Positions 9,707 to 18,229 of a DNA stretch of 64,000 nt are shown piece after piece. Under the pieces are notes generated by a model, which did no database searches, was not told the origin of the DNA, and saw only the letters and a list, made by a program, of their open reading frames with translations. Position 1 is the stretch's first letter. Each line of letters begins with the position of its first letter. The stretch covers positions 771 to 64,770 of the forward strand of contig CAZXOC010000005.1 of assembly GCA_964642165.1 (NCBI GenBank), written 5' to 3'. This DNA is from an uncultured Planctomycetaceae bacterium. Lineage in GTDB: Bacteria; Planctomycetota; Phycisphaerae; SM23-33. Made by a program: the position numbers and the translations under genes.

Positions 9707-11161
9707 TTACTTGCCCAGGTACAGCCGGCTGAAGTACGCGGCATAGCCCGCCGGGCCGGGCCAGCCGTCGTAGTGGCGGACGTTGTGGGGGAAGGGCACG
9801 CCGCCTTTGCTTCGCAGCCAGTGGACGACGGCCGGGTCCGCGCGGCGACGCTCGACCTCGTCGATCGCCTCGCCTCGAAGGCGCTCGACCACGTCGCCGT
9901 GGTCGCCGGACACGTCCTCCAACGTGCCCATCCCGACGAGCCGGCAGTCCTCGCTTCTTGCGGCGACCTCCAGGCACCACTCGCCGTCGAAGGCGCTGAA
10001 GCAGATTCGCTGGTTCGGCTGGTTCCACTGGTGGCTCGGGCGCCCGGCGACGGCGATGCGTCGGGGCCCATCGAGCCCCTCCCGCGCGACGGCCACCACG
10101 TCGTGGGAGTCCAGGCTGCTCGGCGCCCTGCTCCCGGCCAGGGCCATCACCGTCGCGAAGAGGTCTTGCGGCTGGACGATCGCGCCGCAGCGCCCGCTGC
10201 CCCCGCCGGGAACGCGGACGAGCAACGGCGTGTGGGCCTCGCCCTCGCGGACGGGGTAGCTCTTGCCGAACCGCCCGTCGCGCCCGTCGTTGGTGCCGTG
10301 GTCGGCCGTCAGGAGCACGGCCGTGTTCTTCGCCAGCCCCGTGCGGTCGAGCGCGTCGAGCAGCTCGCCCAGGCAGTGGTCCACCCAACAGACCTTCGCG
10401 GCGTAGGCGGCGGCGATGCGCTTCGCGGCGGCGTCGGGGAGGCCCTCGGTATTCCGGAAGGTGAAGCTCCGCGGGTCGATCGAGCCGTCGTAGCCGTCGG
10501 TCGGGTCGCAGCGCTTCATGAACTCCGGCGGGGCGTCCCAAGGCTCGTGCGGATCGAAGCAGTCCACCCACAGGAAGAAGCTCTCCCGCCGCGCGTTGTC
10601 GGTGAGGAACTCCCCGGCCGTGCGGAAGAGCTTCGCGCAGTTCCAGTCGGCGTTCGTCTTCCGCCGGCGGTTGGCGCGGGCGTAAGTGCGGACCATCTTG
10701 CTGTAGGAGAACGTCTCCAGCTCGCCGCCAAGCCCGTCGAAGATGGGGTCCTTCGCCCAGTTGTCCAGCCAGTCGAACGAGTCGGTCAGCCAGGGGCGGT
10801 CCACCTCGGCGCCGCGGACGAACGTCCAGGCGTGGAAGGGCCAGTCGAAGTTGTGCCCGCCGTTGACCAGGTGCGGCGTGTCGTGGATGAGCTGCGTGGC
10901 GTAGCCCGCATCGGCCAGCACCCGCGGCAGGGCGGGCACGTCGAAGGGCAGCGGCTTCCAGATGTGGAACGGCCCGCCGTGCCGCCCGGTGATCGCGTCC
11001 GTGCGGTGGGGAATGGTCGGGTAGGCGGCCGTGTAGCTGTTGTCGAAAACCCAGCTCTCCGCGGCCAGGGCGTCCAGGTTCGGCGTCTGGATGTCCCTCT
11101 TGCCGTGGAAGGCGACGTAATCGTAGCGCAGCGTGTCGATCACGATCACGACGATGTTCAT
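9707..11161 (-). CDS. Sulfatase-family (alkaline-phosphatase superfamily) hydrolase with Thr at the nucleophile position
   Basis: ATG at 11161 (M62 of track ORF 9707..11344) gives 'MNIVVIVIDTLRYDY'. 'IHDTPHL' and 'LLTADHGTNDG' fit the sulfatase/PF00884 fold. No C/S-x-P-x-R formylglycine motif and no signal peptide. Confidence 0.8.
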   Translation of the reverse strand: MNIVVIVIDTLRYDYVAFHGKRDIQTPNLDALAAESWVFDNSYTAAYPTIPHRTDAITGRHGGPFHIWKPLPFDVPALPRVLADAGYATQLIHDTPHLVNGGHNFDWPFHAWTFVRGAEVDRPWLTDSFDWLDNWAKDPIFDGLGGELETFSYSKMVRTYARANRRRKTNADWNCAKLFRTAGEFLTDNARRESFFLWVDCFDPHEPWDAPPEFMKRCDPTDGYDGSIDPRSFTFRNTEGLPDAAAKRIAAAYAAKVCWVDHCLGELLDALDRTGLAKNTAVLLTADHGTNDGRDGRFGKSYPVREGEAHTPLLVRVPGGGSGRCGAIVQPQDLFATVMALAGSRAPSSLDSHDVVAVAREGLDGPRRIAVAGRPSHQWNQPNQRICFSAFDGEWCLEVAARSEDCRLVGMGTLEDVSGDHGDVVERLRGEAIDEVERRRADPAVVHWLRSKGGVPFPHNVRHYDGWPGPAGYAAYFSRLYLGK

Positions 11162-11360
11162 GGACCGTCTCCTGCCTGTGGCGATTCCCGGCTGTCGGCG
11201 TATTGTACCGGCCGGGGACCGCAACCAGAAGATCCGCGCCCTGCGGCGGCCCGTAGGGGGCGGGCCCAAGGCGCATGTCCTGACCCAATACACTTTCTGA
11301 TGACCAGCCGAATCCCACCGGATCCGGCGGATCGGAGCCGCCACCTCTCCTTGTCGAGCT

Positions 11361-11528
11361 TCAACTACCGATGGGACAGCCTCGGCGATGGTACATCTCG
11401 CGGCTTTCTAGGCTGCCGTGCGGCCCGAGCCAGTAGTCACGGCGCTTCTTGGTGGGCGCGTCGGTCAGGGTGACGATGGCTTGGTCGTAGCCTTTCGGCT
11501 TGCGGTAGGAGGGGCTCTTCGGGGGCAT
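11361..11528 (-). pseudogene. 5' stub (55 codons) of a tyrosine integrase gene
   Basis: Hand translation; the ORF is below the track cutoff. AAAGGAG RBS, then 'MPPKSPSYRKPKGYDQAIVTLTDAPTKKRRDYWLGPHGSLESREMYHRRGCPIGS*'. The first ~48 aa resemble, from memory, the conserved N-terminus of Planctomycetota tyrosine integrases. Similarity is lost near 11385 and a stop follows. Confidence 0.55.
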
Positions 11529-11532
11529 CGCT

Positions 11533-11564
11533 CGGCGCTCCTTTCGGCCGGCGCTCCTTTCGGC
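11533..11564. repeat. Perfect 16-bp tandem duplication (CGGCGCTCCTTTCGGC x2)
   Basis: Read directly: 11533-11548 and 11549-11564 are identical. On the minus strand the unit contains the AAAGGAG RBS of the integrase stub. Confidence 0.8.
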
Positions 11565-11567
11565 GTT

Positions 11568-11586
11568 GCGCGGTGCAACACCGCGC
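11568..11586. repeat. Perfect hairpin GCGCGGTG-CAA-CACCGCGC
   Basis: 8-bp stem (11568-11575 / 11579-11586) with a 3-nt loop, located between the tRNA fragment and the integrase stub. Confidence 0.6.
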
Positions 11587-11663
11587 CGAATCCTGCCTCA
11601 GGCTGCGCCGCCGACCACCGGCGGGTTCCCCTATCGGTTGAGGTCGGCGTGAGATGTGTCGAA

Positions 11664-11712
<49 letters not shown>

Positions 11713-11798
11713 CCTCGCCTTGTGAAATAAGCACTTGCGCGCCAGTACGCGCTCCGGTACGCGCTGGAGGAGCGGAAACGGCCGTTGAACCGGGGCCC

Positions 11799-11906
11799 GA
11801 GGACGCCGAGCTTGAGTGCGTGATCTCGGCTTGGCCGAGTCTGCCGGAGCACGTCCGAGCGTCGGTCCTTCTGCTCGTGCGGACGGTGGAAGGGGGGCAG
11901 CCGTGA
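11799..11906 (+). pseudogene. Possible 3'-terminal tail fragment of an integrase-like gene
   Basis: The end of track ORF 11418..11906 is 'EDAELECVISAWPSLPEHVRASVLLLVRTVEGGQP*'. It shares the pattern xISxWxxLPxxVRxxhxxL with the tail of the integrase remnant at 50.5 kb ('LVGLISSWDGLPNNVRSGIVALAAS*'). Upstream in this frame there is no integrase-like sequence. Confidence 0.35.
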
Positions 11907-12096
11907 CGTTTCCGAGAACATGGGGCAAAGACCGTCCGAACCGTCCAGAGCCCTTCCACAGGAGCTATCCTGCTGGTAGCGCAGCCCGTGGCAGCATCCG
12001 GGCAATCCGGCGCGCGGCACGGTGCCTGGAAACCCCTGCGGCGCTGCCAGCGGGTACCGTGGCGGCGGGCCGGGCGGCATTCGAAAGGAGGCAGAC

Positions 12097-12720
12097 ATGA
12101 ACAACAGGCGGGACGGGAACCGGACGCCAAGCGCAGAAAGGGTCGAGGGCGAACGGCCGCTCGCCAGCGAACGCCGATGGGACTACTCGTTGCCGTTGCC
12201 TGATTGGCTGAGCCCAGAGAAATGGGCGAGGCTGGTCGAGGCGGCGCGCGCAGCTGGCGAGGAGAGAATCTGCGTCCGACTCCGCGAGACGGCTGGGGGC
12301 GCCGAGATCATCCCGCACATGGCTCAGGACAGGCAGCGGGCACGGGGGCTGTCCGTCTATGAGCGGATGAAGGTGGGCAGGCGGTACGATTTCTGCTTCT
12401 GCCCGCGTTGCGGCACTCGGACGGGCGTGTCCGGACCGTGCGGAGCTTGTCAACAGAGCAAGACTGACGGCCATCGAGAACCGACGGCCCTGGAGTACAT
12501 GGCGGCCGATCTGCGGTCGCCCTGTTGCTCACGTTGCGGGGAGCCCGTCCGGTACTGCTCACCGGATGCCCGAGCGGTGCTATGCCCCACGTGCTTGTCC
12601 GTCTTGGCAGACCGCCACGGTAGCCGCCCGCCGGCCGGGTCGGAGGGCAAGCTGTGCCCCGACTGCGGGCGGGCGCTGCCCCTGGGCACGCGGCCGACGG
12701 CACGCTGCGAAACGTGCCGG
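12097..12720 (+). CDS. Hypothetical triple zinc-ribbon protein (element cargo?); 3' end undefined because the frame reads through a junction
   Basis: ATG 12097 has AAGGAGG 7 nt upstream. There are three CxxC...CxxC units: 'CPRCGTRTGVSGPCGAC', 'CSRCGEPVRYCSPDARAVLCPTC', 'CPDCGRALPLGTRPTARCETC'. After 12720 the same frame (track ORF 12022..13380) becomes Arg-rich nonsense overlapping a better frame. Confidence 0.5.
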
Positions 12721-13750
12721 AAAGGCCCGGCTGCACTTCGACAACGCCGGAAGCAGGCTCGTCTCGACCGACGACAAGCCCCTGCGGTTCTTCAACATCG
12801 CGGGCCGGGACATGCGATTCGTCGTGGCCGGGGCCGCCATCGACGGCAACACGGTGGTAGTGTCGAGCCGAAAGGTCGCCAAGCCCGCCGCAGTGCGCTA
12901 TGCCTGGGCGAACAACCCTCTGGGCGTGAACTTCTTCAGCCGGGCCGGCCTGTCCGCCTGTCCGTTCCGCACCGACGACTGGAACCCGGACAGCCAACCG
13001 ATGGCCGCGCTATCCTACCGGGCCAGCGGCAAAGACGCGCCGGTCGTGGTCGTCTTCGACGCCGACGGCAGCGCCGATCCCGAGAGGAACATCGTGACGT
13101 ACGAATGGGGTTCTGGCGACGGGGAGACGGGCAGCGGCGTCCACGCGCGACATACGTTCCGAAAGATCGGCTCGTATGTCGTCACGTTGACGCTCACCGA
13201 CGACTGGGGGCGGACGGCCTCGGCCCGGACGCGCGTGATCGCCATCGCGCCCGGCAAAGGCGCAGGCAACGTTCTCTGCGAGCGTTGGCGGAACGTGCCG
13301 GGCACGGATGTCAAACAGCTTCAGGCCCACTGGGCTTTTCCCCGGAAGCCGGACAGCGTCCTGCGGCTGAAGTCGCTTGAGATCCCCGACAACTGGGGCG
13401 ACAACTACGGTGCGCGGGTCCGCAGCAACCTTCATCCCCCCGCGACAGGCGACTACACCTTTCGCATCGCCAGTGACGACAGCAGCCGGCTGCTGCTCAG
13501 CGCCGATGAGGATCCGGCCCGGGCGAGGGTGATCGCAGAGGTCGCCGGCAACTCCCCTCGGCGGAAGTGGTCGAACCAGAAGGGCCGGAAGTCCACCCCC
13601 ATACGCCTGACCGGCGACAAGCGATACTGTATCGAGGTCCTGTACAAGGAAGGCGCCGGCAGGGACCACATGGCCGTGGCGTGGGAGGGTCCCGGGGTAA
13701 GTCTCGCCGTCATCGACGGCCTGTATCTCTCCCCACCAGCCGGCGATTGA
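12719..13750 (+). pseudogene. 5'-truncated sialate-O-acetylesterase-type C-terminus + PKD + PA14 domains
   Basis: This is frame 2 of track ORF 12566..13750. Esterase C-terminal beta-sandwich: 'GKARLHFDNAGSRLV...FNIAGRDMRFVVAGAAIDGNTVVVSS...PAAVRYAWANNPLGVNFFSRAGLSACPFRTDDW'. PKD: 'VVVFDADGSADPERNIVTYEWGSGDGETG...YVVTLTLTDDWG'. PA14: 'GDNYGARVRSNLHPPATGDYTFRIASDDSSRLLLS...YCIEVLYKEGAGRDHMAVAWEGPG'. The frame has no catalytic SGNH domain, signal peptide or plausible start. Confidence 0.7.
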
Positions 13751-13789
13751 GCAGGACGCGCGTTTCGCTCGGCGGGAAGGCTATCCGGC

Positions 13790-16318
13790 TTACGGCTCGG
13801 CCGGCCGGTAGCGCACGAGCAGGCTGGCACGGCGCGTCGGGATCAGCAGGGGGAAGTCCGTCGCCATCTCCCGGCCGGTCATCTTGCGGACGGTCTTCCC
13901 GCGTGCCTCGTCGATGAACTCCACTGTGTAGGACGCTTCGGGATCGAGGCCGCCGAGCTTCACGCTCAGGCCGAACACGTCACACTTCGAACGCCGGAAT
14001 GCCAGGACCACTCCGGCGTTGAGGTCCGGCCGGTGCAGTTGGTAGGCGACGAGCGTGGTCGGCTTGGTCGTGCAGTCGGTCAAGGGGTAGAAGTCGCCGT
14101 ACCAGTACTTCTGGTTCGCCTTGGCCTCGGCCATCGTGGCTTTGGCCGCCGCCATGTCGAAGCCCTTGTCGAGGAAGGCGAATTGGGTGATGGCCCCGGC
14201 CCCGGCGGCGCTGCGGAAGACGTAGGGCTGCGGCGACCAGCCGCACGTCTGGTGCAGCGGCAGGTAGAGGCTCATCCCGAGCACCTGGGCTTGGTCCCAA
14301 TCCGAGTTGCCGGGCCGGCAGGCCGTGTCGCTCCGCCACAGCGGGACCGACCGCATGCACGTCTCCAGGTCGATCCGCCGCCCGCCGCTGGCGCAGTTGT
14401 CGATGTGCAGGCCCGGGTGCCTGGAGCGCAGCTCGTCCCACATCGCGTAGTGGCCTTCGACGTAGCGGATCTCGGTGATCCCCTGGCGGTCGGGCGCGTC
14501 GTTGGCCCGCCAGAACGCCAGCGGGTCGATGTTGAAGTCGTTGCGGTACCAGTCCATGCCGAACTCGGCGATCCGGCGCGAAAGCAGCTCGGCCAGCCAT
14601 TTCCGGGCGGCGGGGTCGTTGAGTTTGAACAACCCGCCTTTTCCGCCGCCGAATACGAACTCCGGGTGCTCGCGAGCGATCTGGCTGCCCGGGGCAACCC
14701 GCTCGGGCTCGAACCACACGATGAACTTCAGGCCCGCCTCGTGGCACGCGTCGCTGATCGGCTTCAGGCCGTTGGGGAACTCCTTCGGCTTGGCTGTCCA
14801 GTTCCCCACGCCGTTGGGGAAGTCGCCCGGGAACCACGCCGCGTCGAGCCAGAGAAAGTCGCAGCCGAGCTCTCTGGCCACCTTCGCGGCGTGGAGTTGC
14901 CCCGCCTCGTCCCGCCACTTGGGGTGGCTGCGGTAGCGGTCGTAGCCCTGGAGGAACGTCGGCATGGCCAGCGGCTTGCCGCTGTCTTGCGGCACGTAGT
15001 GATGCAGCAGGAGCCGTCGGAACCGGTTGTGGGCCGCGATGCGGTCGCCCGTCCAGGTCATCACGAGGATACGAGGCGTCCGTATCCGCTCACCCGGGCG
15101 AAGCAGCATCCGCGTCCGCTCCATGCCGCCTCGCAGGCGAGTCGCGCCCGCGCGGTCGCGCGAGATCGACACGGCCCACTGGCCGGACCAGCCGACGGCC
15201 GTCAGCAGCCCTCCCCCGGCACACTCGAGGTTGAAGAACGGGAAGGCCCCATTGGATGATCGCCCGCCCACCGGGGCCATGCGAGAGTCCTGCCCGGGCC
15301 CGAGAGACTTGGCGAAGGGCTGGAAGGATCCCTCGCTACAGTTGTCCCCGGCCAGGCCGTGCAGCACGACGGGGTCCGCCCCGGCCTGGAGCCCCGTGTC
15401 GATCGCCTGGATGTCCTCGATGATGGGCGTGTCCTGCTTGCCGGCGTTCTCAAAATGCAGCACCCAGTCCGCAGCGGGATAGCGTTTGTAGACCTTCACT
15501 GTGGCGAGAACGCGCAACTGGGTCTTTGGGTCGGACCAGGTGACCTCGTGAAGCGTGAAGGCGTCGCCGTCTTTCGTCTTCACCGACCTCGGCCACGCCT
15601 TGAGCAGCTCTGCGGAGGCGGCCCCGCCATAGACGAACGACAGCGGAGGGCCCGTACTCGCCAGGATCGTTCGGGCTGGCCGATCGTCCAGCCAGAGCGC
15701 GCTGCCGTCGGCCATGATCAGCCGTGCGTCGGCCCAGTCCGCCTGGTCCCAGCCGGTCCCGTCGGGCGTGGCGTCCACTTTCAGGACAAGTTGCTTCGTG
15801 TCCTCGGGCAGGTTCACGCTCACCGCGACCGGCTCGTCGCCACAGCGCAGCACACGCGAGCGGAAGACGGTCTTGCCCTTGAGCTCGACCACGAACACGA
15901 TGCTCCCCCTGCCCTTGCGCGTGTCGGCGTTGTTGTCCAGCCCGACGAACGCCTTGAATGCCGTGGCTCCGGGGGGCAAGGCCACGGCGATCTCACTGTT
16001 GGCGTGCGTGCCCAGGCCTCGCTTGTACGTCTGCCCTCCGATCCGCAGCGGCGACTGGAGAACCGACTGCCCGAACCGCAACACGTTGTGGTCCTGGCGG
16101 CGGATCTCCAGCTTGACGCGTGCGGATTCCGCGGCCGGCTTGCGACCGGCGAAGGCGGTCGACGCCCACGCCGCCAGGGCCCTGACTTCTTCCGAGGTAG
16201 CCATGATCGCATCGCCGGGGGCGCCATCGGGTATGTCGGCACTGTCCAGCGCCATGGCGAGGCCTCCCATGGGAAGCAGCAGAGCCAGCAAGCCAACTAC
16301 AGAAGCTCTCCGCATCAT
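13790..16318 (-). CDS. Secreted NPCBM-domain + GH36-like alpha-galactosidase-type glycosidase (paralog A)
   Basis: ATG 16318 is preceded by GGAGAGGA. Signal 'MMRRASVVGLLALLLPMGGLAMA'. NPCBM-like 'YKRGLGTHANSEIAVAL', 'GSIVFVVELKGK', 'DQADWADARL'. Catalytic region 'FLWLDAAWF', 'KFIVWFEPERV', 'HIDNCASGGRRIDLE'. Confidence 0.85.
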   Translation of the reverse strand: MMRRASVVGLLALLLPMGGLAMALDSADIPDGAPGDAIMATSEEVRALAAWASTAFAGRKPAAESARVKLEIRRQDHNVLRFGQSVLQSPLRIGGQTYKRGLGTHANSEIAVALPPGATAFKAFVGLDNNADTRKGRGSIVFVVELKGKTVFRSRVLRCGDEPVAVSVNLPEDTKQLVLKVDATPDGTGWDQADWADARLIMADGSALWLDDRPARTILASTGPPLSFVYGGAASAELLKAWPRSVKTKDGDAFTLHEVTWSDPKTQLRVLATVKVYKRYPAADWVLHFENAGKQDTPIIEDIQAIDTGLQAGADPVVLHGLAGDNCSEGSFQPFAKSLGPGQDSRMAPVGGRSSNGAFPFFNLECAGGGLLTAVGWSGQWAVSISRDRAGATRLRGGMERTRMLLRPGERIRTPRILVMTWTGDRIAAHNRFRRLLLHHYVPQDSGKPLAMPTFLQGYDRYRSHPKWRDEAGQLHAAKVARELGCDFLWLDAAWFPGDFPNGVGNWTAKPKEFPNGLKPISDACHEAGLKFIVWFEPERVAPGSQIAREHPEFVFGGGKGGLFKLNDPAARKWLAELLSRRIAEFGMDWYRNDFNIDPLAFWRANDAPDRQGITEIRYVEGHYAMWDELRSRHPGLHIDNCASGGRRIDLETCMRSVPLWRSDTACRPGNSDWDQAQVLGMSLYLPLHQTCGWSPQPYVFRSAAGAGAITQFAFLDKGFDMAAAKATMAEAKANQKYWYGDFYPLTDCTTKPTTLVAYQLHRPDLNAGVVLAFRRSKCDVFGLSVKLGGLDPEASYTVEFIDEARGKTVRKMTGREMATDFPLLIPTRRASLLVRYRPAEP

Positions 16319-16391
16319 ATGTCCTCTCCGATCCCAGCCAGCCGCAAGCCTTCGCAGTTCGGGTGATGGTACAGGCAGCGATCGGGCGGAC

Positions 16392-18053
16392 TCAACGGGG
16401 CGGCCCACATTCAGCAGCGTGGGCAGAGCGGCTGAGCTGGCGGGTAGTGACGTGCGGGCGGGGCGTGCTCCGTTCTTCGATCTCGATCGTGCGGTCGGCC
16501 GGGACGCCTCGGCGTTCGACCCGCTTGCCGGAAGGGTGGAACTCGACACTCACGTCCACGCGTTTGTGCCGGCCGAGGCCGAAGTGACGCTCAGTCTGTG
16601 CCGCGGCGTAGTAGCTGTGGCAACTCTGCCTGCCCCAGATGCTCACCTGCTCGTACCAAAGCAGCCTTCGCTTGCCGCCCGAGGCAGGCGCATGAATGCG
16701 AATCTTCGCGCCGGCGGCCGACCGATTCCCCTTCGCGCCGACCAACCGCACGCGGAGCCAATGACGACGCGGCAAGTTGTTCCGCATGACACGGACGCCC
16801 TTCTGCTTGCCATTGGGCCTCGTGGCGCACGTGAGCAGATCCAATCGGCCGTCCGCGTCGATATCGCCGAAGCACAGCCCCTCATCGACAGCCGCCCACG
16901 CCGTGTTGGGGAGGCCCCAAACGCTGTTGGCATACGTGAACGTCCCGTCGCCGCGGCCGCGGAGAACGTACAGGAAGTACCTGCCCGCAACCGCGACGTC
17001 CGCCTTGCCGTCGTTGTCGAAATCTGTGACGATCGCGCCGCCCCATGCCAGAGCGCTTGGCCTGGCCCGAACGTCCTCCAGTCCTCCAAGGGCAGCGTCC
17101 ACGCGTCTGAATCTCCCGCGGCCGTCGTTCAGGTGGATACGTACAAGCCGGCTTTCGACACAGATCAGGTCTGGATGGCCGTCGTGATTCACGTCCCCGA
17201 CGCCGTGGATGCTCCCCCCGCGCCTGTCGAGGCCGGACTCGGACGTCGCGTCGGCGAAGCCGCCACGCCCGTTGTTGCGGAGAATGCGGCGTTCGAAGGG
17301 AGCCCGGCTGTAGAAGTTCCCCTCCGTTCGCCCGTGCATGAGCAGGTCGATGTGCCCGTCGCCGTTCAGATCGGCCGGGATAAAGCCGCTCTGCTCGAAG
17401 CTCCCGGCGATCGCGCCCCGCTCCGGCCGAAACGAACCGTCTCCCTTGCCGTGGAAAACAGCGATCTGCTTGCCGTCATCCCGCAGGAAGTCCGCCACGC
17501 CGTCGCGATCGACGTCGAAGACGGCGCACCCCCGGCAGAACTCGGCCAGATGGCGGCTCCGACGGAAGTTCGCGCGAATGCCCCGAGGACCCCGGCGGAA
17601 GTCGTTGAGGTACAACACCCCGCCCCCGTCGTGCCACGACGTCAGAAGGTCGAGCCGGCCGTCCTCATCGAAATCGAAGCTCAGCCGGATCTCCCCGCCG
17701 GGATAGGGAATGTCGTTGTCGTACCGGACGCCCCGTTTCAGCCCCAGGTGCGGGTCGATCCCAGTGAAGCGGCCTTTCCCGTCGTTCAGGGCGGCCGCGG
17801 CCGGGGACCCGTGGCCGGCCAGGTGAATATCGAGGTCGCCGTCGCCGTCGAGGTCCAGCAGGGCCATTCCGCTGAGCCACCACTTCGGCACACGACGGTA
17901 GTGTGTCGCCAGGACCTCCGCGACACCGGAAGCCGTCGTGACGTCCACGAATGCCGGCGATTTCGTCTGTCCCGCGGGATCGTCGGCGCCAAGCGCGGCG
18001 GGGGAGATCAATCCCAGGAACACGACGGCCGACACCTTCGCTTTGCTCGCCAT
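16392..18053 (-). CDS. Secreted FG-GAP/VCBS repeat protein with ASPIC/UnbV C-terminal domain (CRTAC1-like)
   Basis: ATG 18053. Signal 'MASKAKVSAVVFLGLISPAALGA'. Repeats 'LDLDGDGDLDI', 'FDFDEDGRLDL', 'FDVDRDGVADF', 'ADLNGDGHIDL', 'GDVNHDGHPDL', 'TDFDNDGKADV', 'GDIDADGRLDL'. ASPIC-like 'WLRVRLVGAKGNRSAAGAKIRIH'. Confidence 0.85.
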   Translation of the reverse strand: MASKAKVSAVVFLGLISPAALGADDPAGQTKSPAFVDVTTASGVAEVLATHYRRVPKWWLSGMALLDLDGDGDLDIHLAGHGSPAAAALNDGKGRFTGIDPHLGLKRGVRYDNDIPYPGGEIRLSFDFDEDGRLDLLTSWHDGGGVLYLNDFRRGPRGIRANFRRSRHLAEFCRGCAVFDVDRDGVADFLRDDGKQIAVFHGKGDGSFRPERGAIAGSFEQSGFIPADLNGDGHIDLLMHGRTEGNFYSRAPFERRILRNNGRGGFADATSESGLDRRGGSIHGVGDVNHDGHPDLICVESRLVRIHLNDGRGRFRRVDAALGGLEDVRARPSALAWGGAIVTDFDNDGKADVAVAGRYFLYVLRGRGDGTFTYANSVWGLPNTAWAAVDEGLCFGDIDADGRLDLLTCATRPNGKQKGVRVMRNNLPRRHWLRVRLVGAKGNRSAAGAKIRIHAPASGGKRRLLWYEQVSIWGRQSCHSYYAAAQTERHFGLGRHKRVDVSVEFHPSGKRVERRGVPADRTIEIEERSTPRPHVTTRQLSRSAHAAECGPPR

Positions 18054-18229
18054 CGTCCTGCTCCGACCCGGCATCGGACGTCGGGTTATTGGAAGCCTAT
18101 GGGCCAGGGACCGCTACCCGGCATGGTCGTGCGTGGGCACCGGCCGATCAAGCCTCTTGCTCCGCGCCGCCGGTGCTTGAGGGGGCTTCCTCCAGGGCAT
18201 ACACTCCGCTGAAGCAAGAGGAGAACGCA

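Noticed and set aside
12022-13380. Track ORF 12022..13380 as a single 452-aa zinc-ribbon protein
   Set aside because: After 12720 the translation becomes Arg-rich nonsense, while frame 2 of the same DNA gives clean esterase-tail, PKD and PA14 domains. The ORF is treated as a read-through across a junction.
15714-18212. Plus-strand ORF 15714..18212 (832 aa)
   Set aside because: It is a shadow of the NPCBM-GH36 and FG-GAP/ASPIC genes on the minus strand. It spans their intergenic gap without any recognisable domain.
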